Origin: a virus
Lineage: Duplodnaviria > Heunggongvirae > Uroviricota > Caudoviricetes
Strand: one strand, 5' to 3'
DNA: 64,000 nucleotides
IMG/VR virus record: IMGVR_UViG_3300031555_002904
Shown: piece after piece, positions 53,963 to 62,977 of the stretch
How the letters are laid out: each line of letters opens with the position of its first letter
How positions within the stretch are numbered: the first letter of the stretch is position 1
Notes under the pieces: model-generated
The model's database searches: none
What the model saw: the letters and a program-made list of their open reading frames with translations, nothing else
Told to the model about the DNA's origin: nothing
Position numbers and translations under genes: made by a program

Positions 53963-54238
53963 GCGACTTCTTGAATGAAGTGAGCCGACTACAAGATAGG
54001 TTCGGCGCGACGTTGAAGCAATACATTGGACTGTTTTCAGTAGTGTTGTGGAGTCTAATCTAGGGTTGTGCGGTTTCCACAAGACAGAGTAGGAGAAATC
54101 TGAAAGAAAACGCTCATATGCAGTTGATGGTCCGAGTGGGTTCGAGCCCCACAAACTGCATCGAGTGCGGTATACACGCACAAAATCTATATAGAGTGTC
54201 ATAGTGAAAGAATTAGCTACTCAATCACTATGATATAT

Positions 54239-54315
54239 GCGGGATTAGCTCAGCTGGTTAGAGCATATGCCTTACAAGCATGGGGTCAGCGGTTCGAATC
54301 CGTTATCCCGCACCA
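54239..54315 (+). tRNA. tRNA-Val(TAC)
   Basis: Cloverleaf, CCA. Confidence 0.92.
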
Positions 54316-54450
54316 CTCTCCGTAGTTGGTTCCATTTGCCAACATAGATAAAAAGTTCCCACACTGTAGATGCCCGGAAATTTGGGTGGAGGTGCATATT
54401 GGGTGAGGCACAAGCGCACTGGACCTGCGCTGGCTACGGAGATACCATAT

Positions 54451-54526
54451 GCGGCTGTGGCTCAGCTGGTAGAGCATCTGATTGCCATTCAGAAGGTCGC
54501 GGGTTCGAACCCCGTCAGCCGCTCCA
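54451..54526 (+). tRNA. tRNA-Gly(GCC)
   Basis: Cloverleaf, U73, CCA. Confidence 0.92.
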
Positions 54527-54527
54527 T

Positions 54528-54604
54528 GTGAGTGTAGCTTAGTTGGTTAAAGCGCCAGATTGTGGCTCTGGAGATCGGCGGTTCAAGTCCGCTCACTCAC
54601 CCCA
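54528..54604 (+). tRNA. tRNA-His(GTG)
   Basis: Cloverleaf, C73; G-1 not encoded. Confidence 0.9.
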
Positions 54605-54607
54605 TAT

Positions 54608-54684
54608 TAGACAGACACAGCAAATTACTTTTTACACAAAACGCTTATATTGGGTTTAAGAAATGTTTAATGTAATTCTGTCTA
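54608..54684 (+). ncRNA. ACAGCAA element (short cargo)
   Basis: TAGACAGA/TCTGTCTA stem plus CACAGCAA. Confidence 0.6.
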
Positions 54685-54694
54685 GTTTTTTTAC

Positions 54695-54771
54695 GCCCCA
54701 GTAGCTCAGTTGGATAGAGCATGGGATTTCTAATCCCAGTGTCAGGGGTTCGAGTCCCTTCTGGGGTACCA
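54695..54771 (+). tRNA. tRNA-Arg(TCT)
   Basis: Cloverleaf, CCA. Confidence 0.92.
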
Positions 54772-54785
54772 ATAGATGAAAAGGG

Positions 54786-55022
54786 GTGAGTTTTGTGATT
54801 CAGCCTGTAAAGTTTGAAACTCAAGAGGATTTATTCCGTTTTAGCGAATTGGCAAGTAAGGAAGATTTCCCTATTTACATCAGTACCTCATATGGTCAGC
54901 TTGATGCTCGAAGCCTGCTTGGTTTATTTACCATTTTAGGCAAGGATGTCAATATCGTTGTTGGCGACCACGCTAATGCTGATAAGTTCTCTGCTTTTTT
55001 ACAGAAATACGCAAATTCCTAA
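54786..55022 (+). CDS. HPr/Crh-like protein
   Basis: F..LAS....I......LDARSLLGLF (Ser46-equivalent motif); lacks the His15 motif. Confidence 0.7.
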   Translation: MSFVIQPVKFETQEDLFRFSELASKEDFPIYISTSYGQLDARSLLGLFTILGKDVNIVVGDHANADKFSAFLQKYANS

Positions 55023-55043
55023 GTGCGGAAAACCGCACCATAT

Positions 55044-55120
55044 GCGGGTTTAGCTCAGTTGGATAGAGTAACTGGCTACGAACCAGTAGGCCGGGGGTTC
55101 GAGTCCCTCAACCCGTACCA
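55044..55120 (+). tRNA. tRNA-Arg(ACG)
   Basis: Cloverleaf, CCA. Confidence 0.92.
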
Positions 55121-55308
55121 TCGAGGTCTTTCGGAACCTCTGCGGATGACCGCTAATCCGAATACGGGGATGGGCCCAATAGGATCGGAATAAGGTGGGC
55201 TCGTTGTTATGGTTGAGGTGGCCCATAACGACAATTTGACAATTTTCAAAAAATTTGTTATAATATATATACAAGTAAAGGAACTATCGGATATAGTTTC
55301 TCATACTA

Positions 55309-55420
55309 AAGGCTCTTACAGCAAACTTCGCTTAGAAGAATAGTCTAATGCTAGGACATTTCCCTTCCACGGAAAAATCGCGGGTTGGATTCCCGCTTCT
55401 TTAGTAAAAGCTTGAGCCTT
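55309..55420 (+). ncRNA. ACAGCAA element enclosing degenerate tRNA-Gly(TCC)
   Basis: AAGGCTC/GAGCCTT stem; TTTCC-CTTCCAC-GGAAA arm. Confidence 0.65.
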
Positions 55421-55426
55421 GAATAA

Positions 55427-55503
55427 CGGGATATAGCTCAGATGGTTAGAGCGTACGACTGATAATCGTAAGGTCGGTGGTTCGATCCCACCTATCCCGA
55501 CCA
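55427..55503 (+). tRNA. tRNA-Ile(GAT)
   Basis: Cloverleaf, CCA. Confidence 0.92.
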
Positions 55504-55510
55504 ATTATAT

Positions 55511-55588
55511 CCGGGTGTAGCTCAGTTTGGCTAGAGCGCGTGATTTGGGATCACGAGGCCGAGAGTTCGAGTCTCTCCACTCGGACCA
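55511..55588 (+). tRNA. tRNA-Pro(TGG)
   Basis: Cloverleaf, CCA. Confidence 0.92.
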
Positions 55589-55703
55589 GCCTCAATGAGG
55601 TTTGCTATCGCTAAGTCATAGGGTTGTCCGACCCAATCGCATATACTAACAACTTCGGAGTTATGCCCGACCGGCAGGGAGTAGTTTTCAGCCTGCCATA
55701 TAT

Positions 55704-55781
55704 CTGGATGTAGCTCAGTTTGGCTAGAGCGCTACCTTGGGGTGGTAGAGGCCGAAGGTTCAAGTCCTTTCATTCAGACCA
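55704..55781 (+). tRNA. tRNA-Pro(GGG)
   Basis: Cloverleaf, CCA. Confidence 0.9.
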
Positions 55782-55850
55782 GATCATACTCAGATGGGTA
55801 GACATATGCTACCTTCGCCTACGGGACTCTGGGTTTTATATCAAATTACA

Positions 55851-55987
55851 TAGGCACACACAGCAATTTTATTCTATTAAAGAATAATTGTAGGTTCGAG
55901 TCCTACTCCGCCCACTCGGGCAGATTGAGAAATGGTAAACTCACTTGTCTCCAAAACAAGCATAAAAAAGTCTTTTAGATGTGCCTA
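55851..55987 (+). ncRNA. ACAGCAA element enclosing permuted tRNA-Trp(CCA)-like RNA opened at the variable loop
   Basis: Order is T arm, acceptor closed by ACTC loop, D arm, then CTTGT-CTCCAAA-ACAAG. Confidence 0.65.
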
Positions 55988-56065
55988 GTCCTTTATATCT
56001 TATTTGATTTTTATAAAAAAATATGATATAATATATCTATAAGATAAAGAAAGGAATGAAATTCA

Positions 56066-56371
56066 ATGCCTAAGTTAGTAGCGGCCGCAATCAAGTTTAA
56101 ACCACTTGATTCTGATTACTATCAGATTATGTGCGGCAAGCGCCATTGCAATATACTGGAATTGATGTATAAGCACGGCTTAGAATATCACAAGGTTGGC
56201 GCCATTCAAGGTTTCTTAACCGATGATGATCAGTTCGTTGATCGCTATGACGCCGCGCAGATGGCATTTCGTTCCGGTCAGATGTTAAAAGATTCTGACA
56301 TTTATAAGAAGATGTCTGAAGACCAAGAGCATATCAATGCTTATCCATTATATTCGGAGGATTTGTGGTGA
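56066..56371 (+). CDS. Conserved-looking phage hypothetical protein
   Basis: AAAIK...GKRH...QGFLT...FVDR..A...LYSEDLW. Confidence 0.8.
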   Translation: MPKLVAAAIKFKPLDSDYYQIMCGKRHCNILELMYKHGLEYHKVGAIQGFLTDDDQFVDRYDAAQMAFRSGQMLKDSDIYKKMSEDQEHINAYPLYSEDLW

Positions 56372-56577
56372 CTTACGAAGTCCAAATTCAAATGACTGAT
56401 GATCTCATTAAGGAGATCGGCAATGCCATCGCCGCCTACGGATTAGTTTTGAGTGCGGCCTGGACTGGTACACAAGTTCCTAAACAGTTTGAGGCATTCA
56501 AATATCTTCCCGATGAAGATTTGCATCGTCGGATGCAGTTACTCAAAGATTTCTATGAGGAGATTACCAATCAATGA
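56365..56577 (+). CDS. Hypothetical protein
   Basis: GGAGG RBS, coupling. Confidence 0.6.
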   Translation: MVTYEVQIQMTDDLIKEIGNAIAAYGLVLSAAWTGTQVPKQFEAFKYLPDEDLHRRMQLLKDFYEEITNQ

Positions 56578-56760
56578 GTGATACACATAAGTTCAAAATC
56601 GCACATTCCCAATACTTCGGTAGGGATATTATGTGCGTAAAGTACCATTCTGATGATGATTGGTATTTTTGTTTCGTAGATAAGCAGAAACAACCTACTT
56701 CTGGAATTTATAAAGCGCAGTCGAAGCATTCTTACTTCTTCTGGCACTCGTAATATAAAT

Positions 56761-56869
56761 AAGGCACACACAGCAAATATACATTTAGTATGTTATGGGT
56801 TCAAGTCCCATTTTTCGAGCCATTTTTTTCGAGAATCGCACAATAGGTAGTGCAACTAAAAGGTGCCTT
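56761..56869 (+). ncRNA. ACAGCAA element enclosing permuted tRNA-like RNA
   Basis: AAGGCAC/GTGCCTT stem; T arm plus acceptor-CCA precede 5' acceptor plus D arm. Confidence 0.65.
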
Positions 56870-56875
56870 GTATAT

Positions 56876-56951
56876 TGGGGGTTCTGAATAACGGTCAATT
56901 CGCCAGACTTTGACTCTGGAGATGGGAGTTCGATTCTCTCACCCCCAGCCA
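56876..56951 (+). tRNA. tRNA-Gln(TTG)
   Basis: Cloverleaf, G73, CCA. Confidence 0.88.
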
Positions 56952-56974
56952 CAGTTTCTTCATGCGTTCACAAC

Positions 56975-57035
56975 AGACGCAACCAGCAATCTTTTTTCTT
57001 CCCCGCTCATTTTAGAGGAATTTGAAAGTGCGTCT
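56975..57035 (+). ncRNA. ACAGCAA-family element (short; CCAGCAA variant)
   Basis: AGACGCA/TGCGTCT stem. Confidence 0.55.
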
Positions 57036-57128
57036 AGTATATATTCCCCTTTAGTCTATCCGATCTTTGGTCAGAAAAGATTTATGACTCACTCTTATTT
57101 TTCATATATAAATGAAAGGAGTGGTTAT

Positions 57129-57533
57129 ATGACTACTAAGGTTTGTACTAAATGTAAATTAGAATTGCCAATAGAAGAATTTCATTGGCGTAATAAGGCT
57201 GCTGGAACACGCAGATCAGAATGTAAAAAATGCCATAATGCAACAATGCGAAAAGATTATGATAAAAAACGAGAATAGGTTGATGCTATGAAATTTTCTT
57301 TTGGTGGTTGTTAGAAATGTGGCTATAATAAATGCATTGAAGCATTAGATTTTCATCATCGAAACCCCGATGAAAAAGAATATGATATTGCTCAAATGAT
57401 TAGAAATCATAGAACACAAGAAGCTATTGCCCAAGAGATGCAAAAATGTGTTATTTTATGTGCTAATTGTCATCGAGAATTTCATTTTTTAGAAAGAAAT
57501 AAGGGTATTTCTATTGATGAATATTTATTATAA
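57129..57533 (+). CDS. HNH endonuclease (134 aa, 2 TAG=Gln)
   Basis: GGC*KCGY.KC..ALDFHH...CVILCANCHRE; AAAGGAG RBS. Confidence 0.85.
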
Positions 57534-57539
57534 AAATAT

Positions 57540-57615
57540 TGGGGGTTAGTTCAATTGGCAGAGCGTCAGATTCTGACTCTGAAAGTTAAAGGTTCAAGTC
57601 CTTTACCCCCAGCCA
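57540..57615 (+). tRNA. tRNA-Gln(CTG)
   Basis: Cloverleaf, CCA. Confidence 0.9.
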
Positions 57616-57745
57616 AACTCATAGTGGGCTAAGGCGTTACGTCCCTAATCGGCTCCTGTCCCAGAAATGCGAAAAGACGTCGAACCTATGAGTTACCATA
57701 AGTAAGAGTGCTCTTGGACGGAACCAAGAGGTAAATCTCTGAAAA

Positions 57746-57829
57746 CCTCAAAGGTGGGCTTAGAAGTAGCAATCCTATAATGAGTGGTGCGGTGCGCGCG
57801 ACGGACCTTTGGTGTAATAACACATGAGG
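57746..57829 (+). ncRNA. 23S rRNA H43-H44 (L11-binding, GTPase centre) mimic
   Basis: GGTGGGCTTAGAAGTAGCAATCCTATAATGAGT...GTGTAATAACACA closed by CCTCA/TGAGG. Confidence 0.7.
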
Positions 57830-57982
57830 CTGGTTTGCGGTCAACCAGACCAAAAACCGAAATGTGATCGAGCGACCGGATGGAGAGGCAACGGGATACA
57901 ATGACTCTCCACCAAAAATCTTTTTTGACTTTTATAAAAAAATATGATATAATATTTATATAAAGTCAAAGGAGAAATTCAA

Positions 57983-58165
57983 ATGTTTATTTGTCCTATT
58001 TGTTTGCGGGAATTTGAAAAAGAAAGTGATATTGTGAAACATCTTGCCAGTTGTTGGGGAGAGAAGAATCCATATCGTAAATCCAAGCCCGCTCCTCGTA
58101 GCGAAGATGTCAATACGAGAGAGGATAATCAAGACATACTGGATTTCTTTGACTCATTCAAGTGA
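57983..58165 (+). CDS. C2H2/C2HC Zn-finger protein
   Basis: CPICLREF......KHLASC. Confidence 0.7.
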   Translation: MFICPICLREFEKESDIVKHLASCWGEKNPYRKSKPAPRSEDVNTREDNQDILDFFDSFK

Positions 58166-58168
58166 GGT

Positions 58169-58528
58169 GTGCATATGGAAGAAATTTCAATCAAAACTCA
58201 TTTGATTATCACTGATATTCACGATGAATATCATATGAATTGGTGTGGTAAGATCGCTGATGCTAAGCCACTTCTCCAAGATGGTTTACCCTTATTTGTT
58301 ATCATTGGTAGCCAAGGTCGATTAGAATTGAATACTATTGATATGAAACGCCTCGAACATTCTGCAAAGTTGTTGACGCGTCCAAAAGGTCGTTCCGCAG
58401 TAACTGTTGATACCTCTCGTATTTATATCAAAGAGGTTGACGGCAATGATTTTCTCTTGGGCGTTATGACGCATAAGAATATCAAAACCTTTGCTCCCAT
58501 GCACGATAAAGTTGGGTTTATGAAATAA
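58169..58528 (+). CDS. Hypothetical protein
   Basis: Operon context, RBS. Confidence 0.7.
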   Translation: MHMEEISIKTHLIITDIHDEYHMNWCGKIADAKPLLQDGLPLFVIIGSQGRLELNTIDMKRLEHSAKLLTRPKGRSAVTVDTSRIYIKEVDGNDFLLGVMTHKNIKTFAPMHDKVGFMK

Positions 58529-58577
58529 ACTTGATTTTATAAAAAAAATATGATATAATATATATGTAAGATAAAGA

Positions 58578-58644
58578 AAGGCAGACACAGCAATCATAAT
58601 CCATTTCTTGACGCTCCATTCTAGAAAACGATTAAACCTGCCTT
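58578..58644 (+). ncRNA. ACAGCAA element (short)
   Basis: AAGGCAG/CTGCCTT stem directly after a promoter. Confidence 0.6.
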
Positions 58645-58714
58645 GAAGCAACCGATAACTGATAACCCTCCGCTGAGTAAGCCTGGTGGTTGCGATTTCG
58701 ACTAATATCAGTTT

Positions 58715-59325
58715 GAACCTTGAAAAGTTTTGCACCTCGGTGAAGAACGAATACCATCGTGCCGAGATCCTCATCCTGCCCGTGGGCGCCAGGAGTCCGA
58801 AAAGCAATTTACTGACGATAGCCAGTAATAGGTAGATCTGCATACAGTGATGTGTGCGGGCCGCCCTCCGAACGGAGGGGCCTGGATGGAGAGGAGTGCA
58901 AAGATAATCGCATCTAAAGATACCGTCTTATCGCTCTCGCAATAGACGCCCCTGTGGGGAATAAGCTATGTTAGGGATTAGCTGGTGACTGTTTCAAACC
59001 ATAGTATACCAATAAGAGAGTCTGCGTTGATGTCCGAGTAATCGGGCTATAAGGTAAGGTCGGGGTACGAGTAGCCCTATCGCAATGACGAGAAGAAAGA
59101 AATTGCTGTTTAGTGTATTTGGGTAATAGCAAAAATTATCAAATAATTCTGAATGGCGGGTGAAAGTTACAGGTAAACAACCCTGTGTAGGACTTGGCTC
59201 CAGTAGGAGCTGGGGCAAGAAGTTTAAGGGTCGCTCCCTTGAGCTCAGACTTGTCTCCCTAGTGATCGAATATAGGTGAAGGTTATAGAGAGTATGTCGA
59301 AGGACAGCAAAACTTTTCAAAGTTC
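58715..59325 (+). ncRNA. Large structured ncRNA, ROOL/GOLLD-like (~610 nt)
   Basis: 18/19-bp terminal helix GAACCTTGAAAAGTTTTGC / GCAAAACTTTTCAAAGTTC, many internal hairpins, no credible ORF, inside the tRNA array. Confidence 0.6.
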
Positions 59326-59332
59326 TCAATAT

Positions 59333-59472
59333 GAGTGGACTGGCGGAATTGGTAGACGCACCGGACCGGAAACGAATAGTGTCTTGGTCTAAAGCCGCTA
59401 ACAGCAATTCAAATCGGACAGTAAATCCGGCGCCTTATTGGCTTCTTGGTTCAAGTCCAAGGTCCCTCACCA
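59333..59472 (+). tRNA. tRNA-Tyr(GTA)-like gene with a 53-nt ACAGCAA insert (intron-like)
   Basis: Removing 59364-59416 gives an 87-nt class II tRNA with CCGGA-CAGTAAA-TCCGG and ACCA. Confidence 0.65.
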
Positions 59473-59806
59473 CGGCCCAAGGTTATTGTTGTAGTAGAGT
59501 TAGCCGCTACTGCGTATAAATAACTTTTTTGTTGAACAAGGCTATAGCGAAAGTCCTCGCGTGACGTATTGAGCCTCCAAGGACCGGTGCCTGCACCGGA
59601 CCCGTTTTCACGATGCGTCGGGAAGTGTCTAAGCGATCTGGGTTCCACCCGGGACGAGCGCAGACCGGTAGGTAGTCAAAGCTGAGGTTAGACATATACT
59701 TTGACAAGGCATTATATATTTCGGCGGACACCGTGGCCGGCGTTGGATAATTTATTTGATTTGGTTTTGAAGTATAGTAGAAACTAAAAGAAAAGAGGTT
59801 TTTATT

Positions 59807-60214
59807 ATGTTATTTGAAACTAATCGTGATAAGGGTCGCGCTGGTATGGCGATAGCAATCGCTTATTTTGGAGCCAATGGATATACAGTAAATGTGCCTC
59901 TAAATGATACTCAATGGTATGATTTAGTTATTGAAAAAGACGGTGAGTTCAAAACCGTTCAATGTAAAGCAACTGGCAGTGCTGATAATGTAGTTTCTAT
60001 GAAGAGTGCGGGTGGCACAAAAGGTAGTGTTTATGATTCTGTACTAAATCATCCTGTTGATTATTTGTTCTGCTTAGATGGCGAAATGCATATGTATGTT
60101 ATTCCAGTGCAAGATTTGCGAGATTATGGAGTAAGTAAACAAATTTCTTTGCGTACTCAAAAATCTGCAAATGGACAAGGTTTCCAAACTTATCAATATA
60201 TGGTGTCTTTGTAA
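59807..60214 (+). CDS. PD-(D/E)XK homing-type endonuclease (group I intron-associated family)
   Basis: KGRAG...GYTV.VP.ND...YDLVIEK...TVQCK. Confidence 0.8.
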   Translation: MLFETNRDKGRAGMAIAIAYFGANGYTVNVPLNDTQWYDLVIEKDGEFKTVQCKATGSADNVVSMKSAGGTKGSVYDSVLNHPVDYLFCLDGEMHMYVIPVQDLRDYGVSKQISLRTQKSANGQGFQTYQYMVSL

Positions 60215-60222
60215 TACCATAT

Positions 60223-60308
60223 GGGTCAGTAGAGTGTAATTGGTACCACCCCCGACTGTAAATCGGGTTCGTATGACATTGTAGGTTCAAGTCCTACCTG
60301 GCCCACCA
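60223..60308 (+). tRNA. tRNA-Tyr(GTA)
   Basis: Class II cloverleaf, CCA. Confidence 0.88.
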
Positions 60309-61299
60309 TAGGCTCCATGCCTAGACATAGTTATGCGTACAAGTCAAAATGAAACGCTTAGAGTTATCGTTCTCTTCCAAAAACTTCTACAATCAAATAG
60401 AATGCCATTCGCTGCGAATATAGGCGGGGTACGATGCAAAGCTCAGAAATGAGTTCCCAAATCCTCGTTAGGGTAATGACGTGAGAACTGCTCCTATGGC
60501 TGAAGGTTCTTGGTGGCATTTGGATTAGGTGAGGTTTTTTCCTTTCGCCTGGTGACTGTGGTGAAACGATACATCCCGGCCCGTGCTGATACGTATCAGA
60601 CATCTAATTCAACGCTCCTTATTGCGTTAGATAAGGTAAGAGTTTGCTGATTTCTCTTTTGACCGGTCTGGTTGAATAATCAGATTGCAGTAGTTGTATG
60701 AATTGATATTACGATAATTTCTTCTTCATAGTCTACGGTCTATGTTGTAAGCAAATTATCCCTCTGCTGTAAGGTCCCTGGAGCATAAACTGAGTCGGGT
60801 TCCGAATATGAAGATTAAGTCCAGGCGCCCCTACTGCGAAATAAGTAGGTGAGATTGGGTAGCGATAATGATACAGACTCGCAACTGCTATATGATTACA
60901 TAAAAGTATAAAAATCTCATTCTTGATTGAGTAGCGCTCGGTAATATAGCCCAATACTGAGGTAAGGCGATGAAAAGCGAAAGATTGATTTTGAGTGGAA
61001 AATCCATATTGGATCGAAAACAATACCGATGGAAAGTAAAAATACCTCAATTTTGTCACAACACGGATACAAACCCGACAAAGTATGAGCGTTAGGTGGT
61101 AGCATATGGCGACGGAAAGACCGTTAGCGCATATGGAGTAGGTAGAGTTTGAAATTCAATATGGGTTTTTTCTTGCGGCCGCCCGTCCGTAAAGCGCGCA
61201 ATAGTGTGCTTGTCAGCGGATTTGGGCGACCCGTCCGCACTTGATTTTTATAAAATTTTTTTGTATAATATATACATAAGAAATGAAAATAAATAAAAA

Positions 61300-61394
61300 A
61301 AGACCCTTCCTGCAATCTTTTTTCTTGGATAATAATTTTTACTTCAAATGAAAATTTAGCGGTTCGAATCCGCGTAATAAATGAAAAGGGTCTT
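61300..61394 (+). ncRNA. ACAGCAA-family element (CCTGCAA variant) with degenerate tRNA arms
   Basis: AAGACCCTT/AAGGGTCTT stem; T arm GCGG-TTCGAAT-CCGC. Confidence 0.55.
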
Positions 61395-61400
61395 GTTTAT

Positions 61401-61475
61401 GCCCCGATAGTTCAATCGGTAAAACAGTGGATTTGTAATCCTCCGTTCTCGGTTCAAGTCCGGGTCGGGGCTCCA
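61401..61475 (+). tRNA. tRNA-Thr(TGT)
   Basis: Cloverleaf, CCA. Confidence 0.85.
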
Positions 61476-61560
61476 ATGGTGAAAACTCGTTCTGGGAGCA
61501 AACTTACGAGTTACCCTTTTTGACACTCCCACAAATAAAAAAGAGTAAAAGGTGAAGAAA

Positions 61561-61914
61561 ATGAGATATCCAGTTGAAAAGTACAATATTGTTGTGCATC
61601 AGCATAAGGACTACAAGACCACTGAAATCATCGCTTATTCCACTTACGCCGGTAAGGTTGTAAAGGGAAATGCAATCGTTCACGAGAATGATACCTACGA
61701 TGAAGAGAAGGGCAAGAAGTTGGCTATTGCCCGCTGCGCTGAGAAGATCGCCCGCAAGCGTCAGGCTCGTTCCGCTCGCTTGCTGAAGAAGGCTCATGAG
61801 CAGCTGAAGATGGCCCAGAAGTATGTTGATGATATGGCTCAATACAATGCTGATGCCTGTGCTGAGGTTTGTGAAGCTCAGAGTGATCTCCAGAAGATTC
61901 TGGCAAAGATGTAA
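61561..61914 (+). CDS. Phage hypothetical protein
   Basis: G.A..H.ND.YDEEKGKKLA..R motif; terminator downstream. Confidence 0.75.
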   Translation: MRYPVEKYNIVVHQHKDYKTTEIIAYSTYAGKVVKGNAIVHENDTYDEEKGKKLAIARCAEKIARKRQARSARLLKKAHEQLKMAQKYVDDMAQYNADACAEVCEAQSDLQKILAKM

Positions 61915-61951
61915 TTCGATAGAAGGGGCGCTATGCCCCTTCAATAGAGAT

Positions 61952-62040
61952 GGACAGGTGGTAGAGTCTGGCTTATTACACCGGTCTTGAAAACCGGCGG
62001 GCGTAATGCTCCGGGGGTTCGAATCCCTCCCTGTCCGCCA
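61952..62040 (+). tRNA. tRNA-Ser(TGA)
   Basis: Class II, CCA. Confidence 0.92.
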
Positions 62041-62147
62041 TCAGTTGTAGTTCAAGAAGAAGAATACCTTCGTCGACGTCGAGGAGATGTTTGGTGCTAC
62101 CCGCCCAAACCGACTGAGCCTAAACTAAATAGAGAGGATGATGTGAT

Positions 62148-62477
62148 TTGATTGGTGCTTATAATAGAGATGTATCAATTCGTAAAGCCAAGAGAAAGCG
62201 TAGAATTGACATTCAGCACAAAACCAGTTATAATGATGGAAAACCTGTTCCTTGGTATAATAATCTCCATCAGTATTCAAAAAACAAAATCCATTGTTCT
62301 TGTCCCGATTGCAATACCAAAACTCGCAACAAGGGTTCCAAGAGACACAGAAGCGGAAACTATAATCAAGCAATTCTTTATCGTGCCTCCGATTTGCGGA
62401 AGGTAGTTGCTATGGATGAAGATTTGCGCGAAGCCGGTTATTTTGCGCCTAAACACAAGCGCAATCGTTACGCATAA
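62148..62477 (+). CDS. Basic hypothetical protein
   Basis: YSKNKIHCSCPDC motif; GAGG RBS. Confidence 0.65.
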   Translation: MIGAYNRDVSIRKAKRKRRIDIQHKTSYNDGKPVPWYNNLHQYSKNKIHCSCPDCNTKTRNKGSKRHRSGNYNQAILYRASDLRKVVAMDEDLREAGYFAPKHKRNRYA

Positions 62478-62672
62478 TGGGGCACCGCAAGATGCGGCCG
62501 CAGCCTCCTCGTTACTTTTGGCCCGACACAGATGGTTGTTGGTGTTGTAAAAATCGAAATGGTTGTTCGGGGTGTAAATTTTTGAAACGCTATATTGCTG
62601 AAGGTAAAGGTCGCAATAAAAGAAAAATTTAGCGAAATGAAAAAATTTTTATAGAAAGGAAAATGAGAAAAT

Positions 62673-62939
62673 ATGGCTAGTATTAAAGTTTTTTAGAATA
62701 ATCGCTACCAATCTCATTATGTTCAATTTGTAGCAGACACTGCAGATGATGTAAAACTTTTAAAGGTAGCAGAACTCGCTATGGGTAGTGAAGTATATGT
62801 TATTCAAGAAAAAAGAACTTATATTCTTGGTAGCGACAAACTCTGGTATTCTAAGGCGGTAAATGATGACGCAATTATTGAGTGTGATTGCGTTGAAGAA
62901 TCTACTATCTGGGAAGATTTGCCTCAACCCAATAATTGA
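62673..62939 (+). CDS. Hypothetical protein (88 aa, TAG=Gln)
   Basis: FVADTADD...AMGSEVYVI....YIL; needs read-through at codon 8. Confidence 0.6.
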
Positions 62940-62977
62940 CTTTATAAAAAATTTTTGATATAATATAATATAAGATA

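Noticed and set aside
55121-55165. Theta/HDV-like ribozyme after tRNA-Arg
   Set aside because: GCTAA and a P2-like pairing are present, but P1/P3 do not parse cleanly and a simple hairpin explains it; needs a motif search. The same applies to 62478-62540
57746-57829. True rRNA gene
   Set aside because: Similarity is limited to a short domain with an insertion; no flanking rRNA
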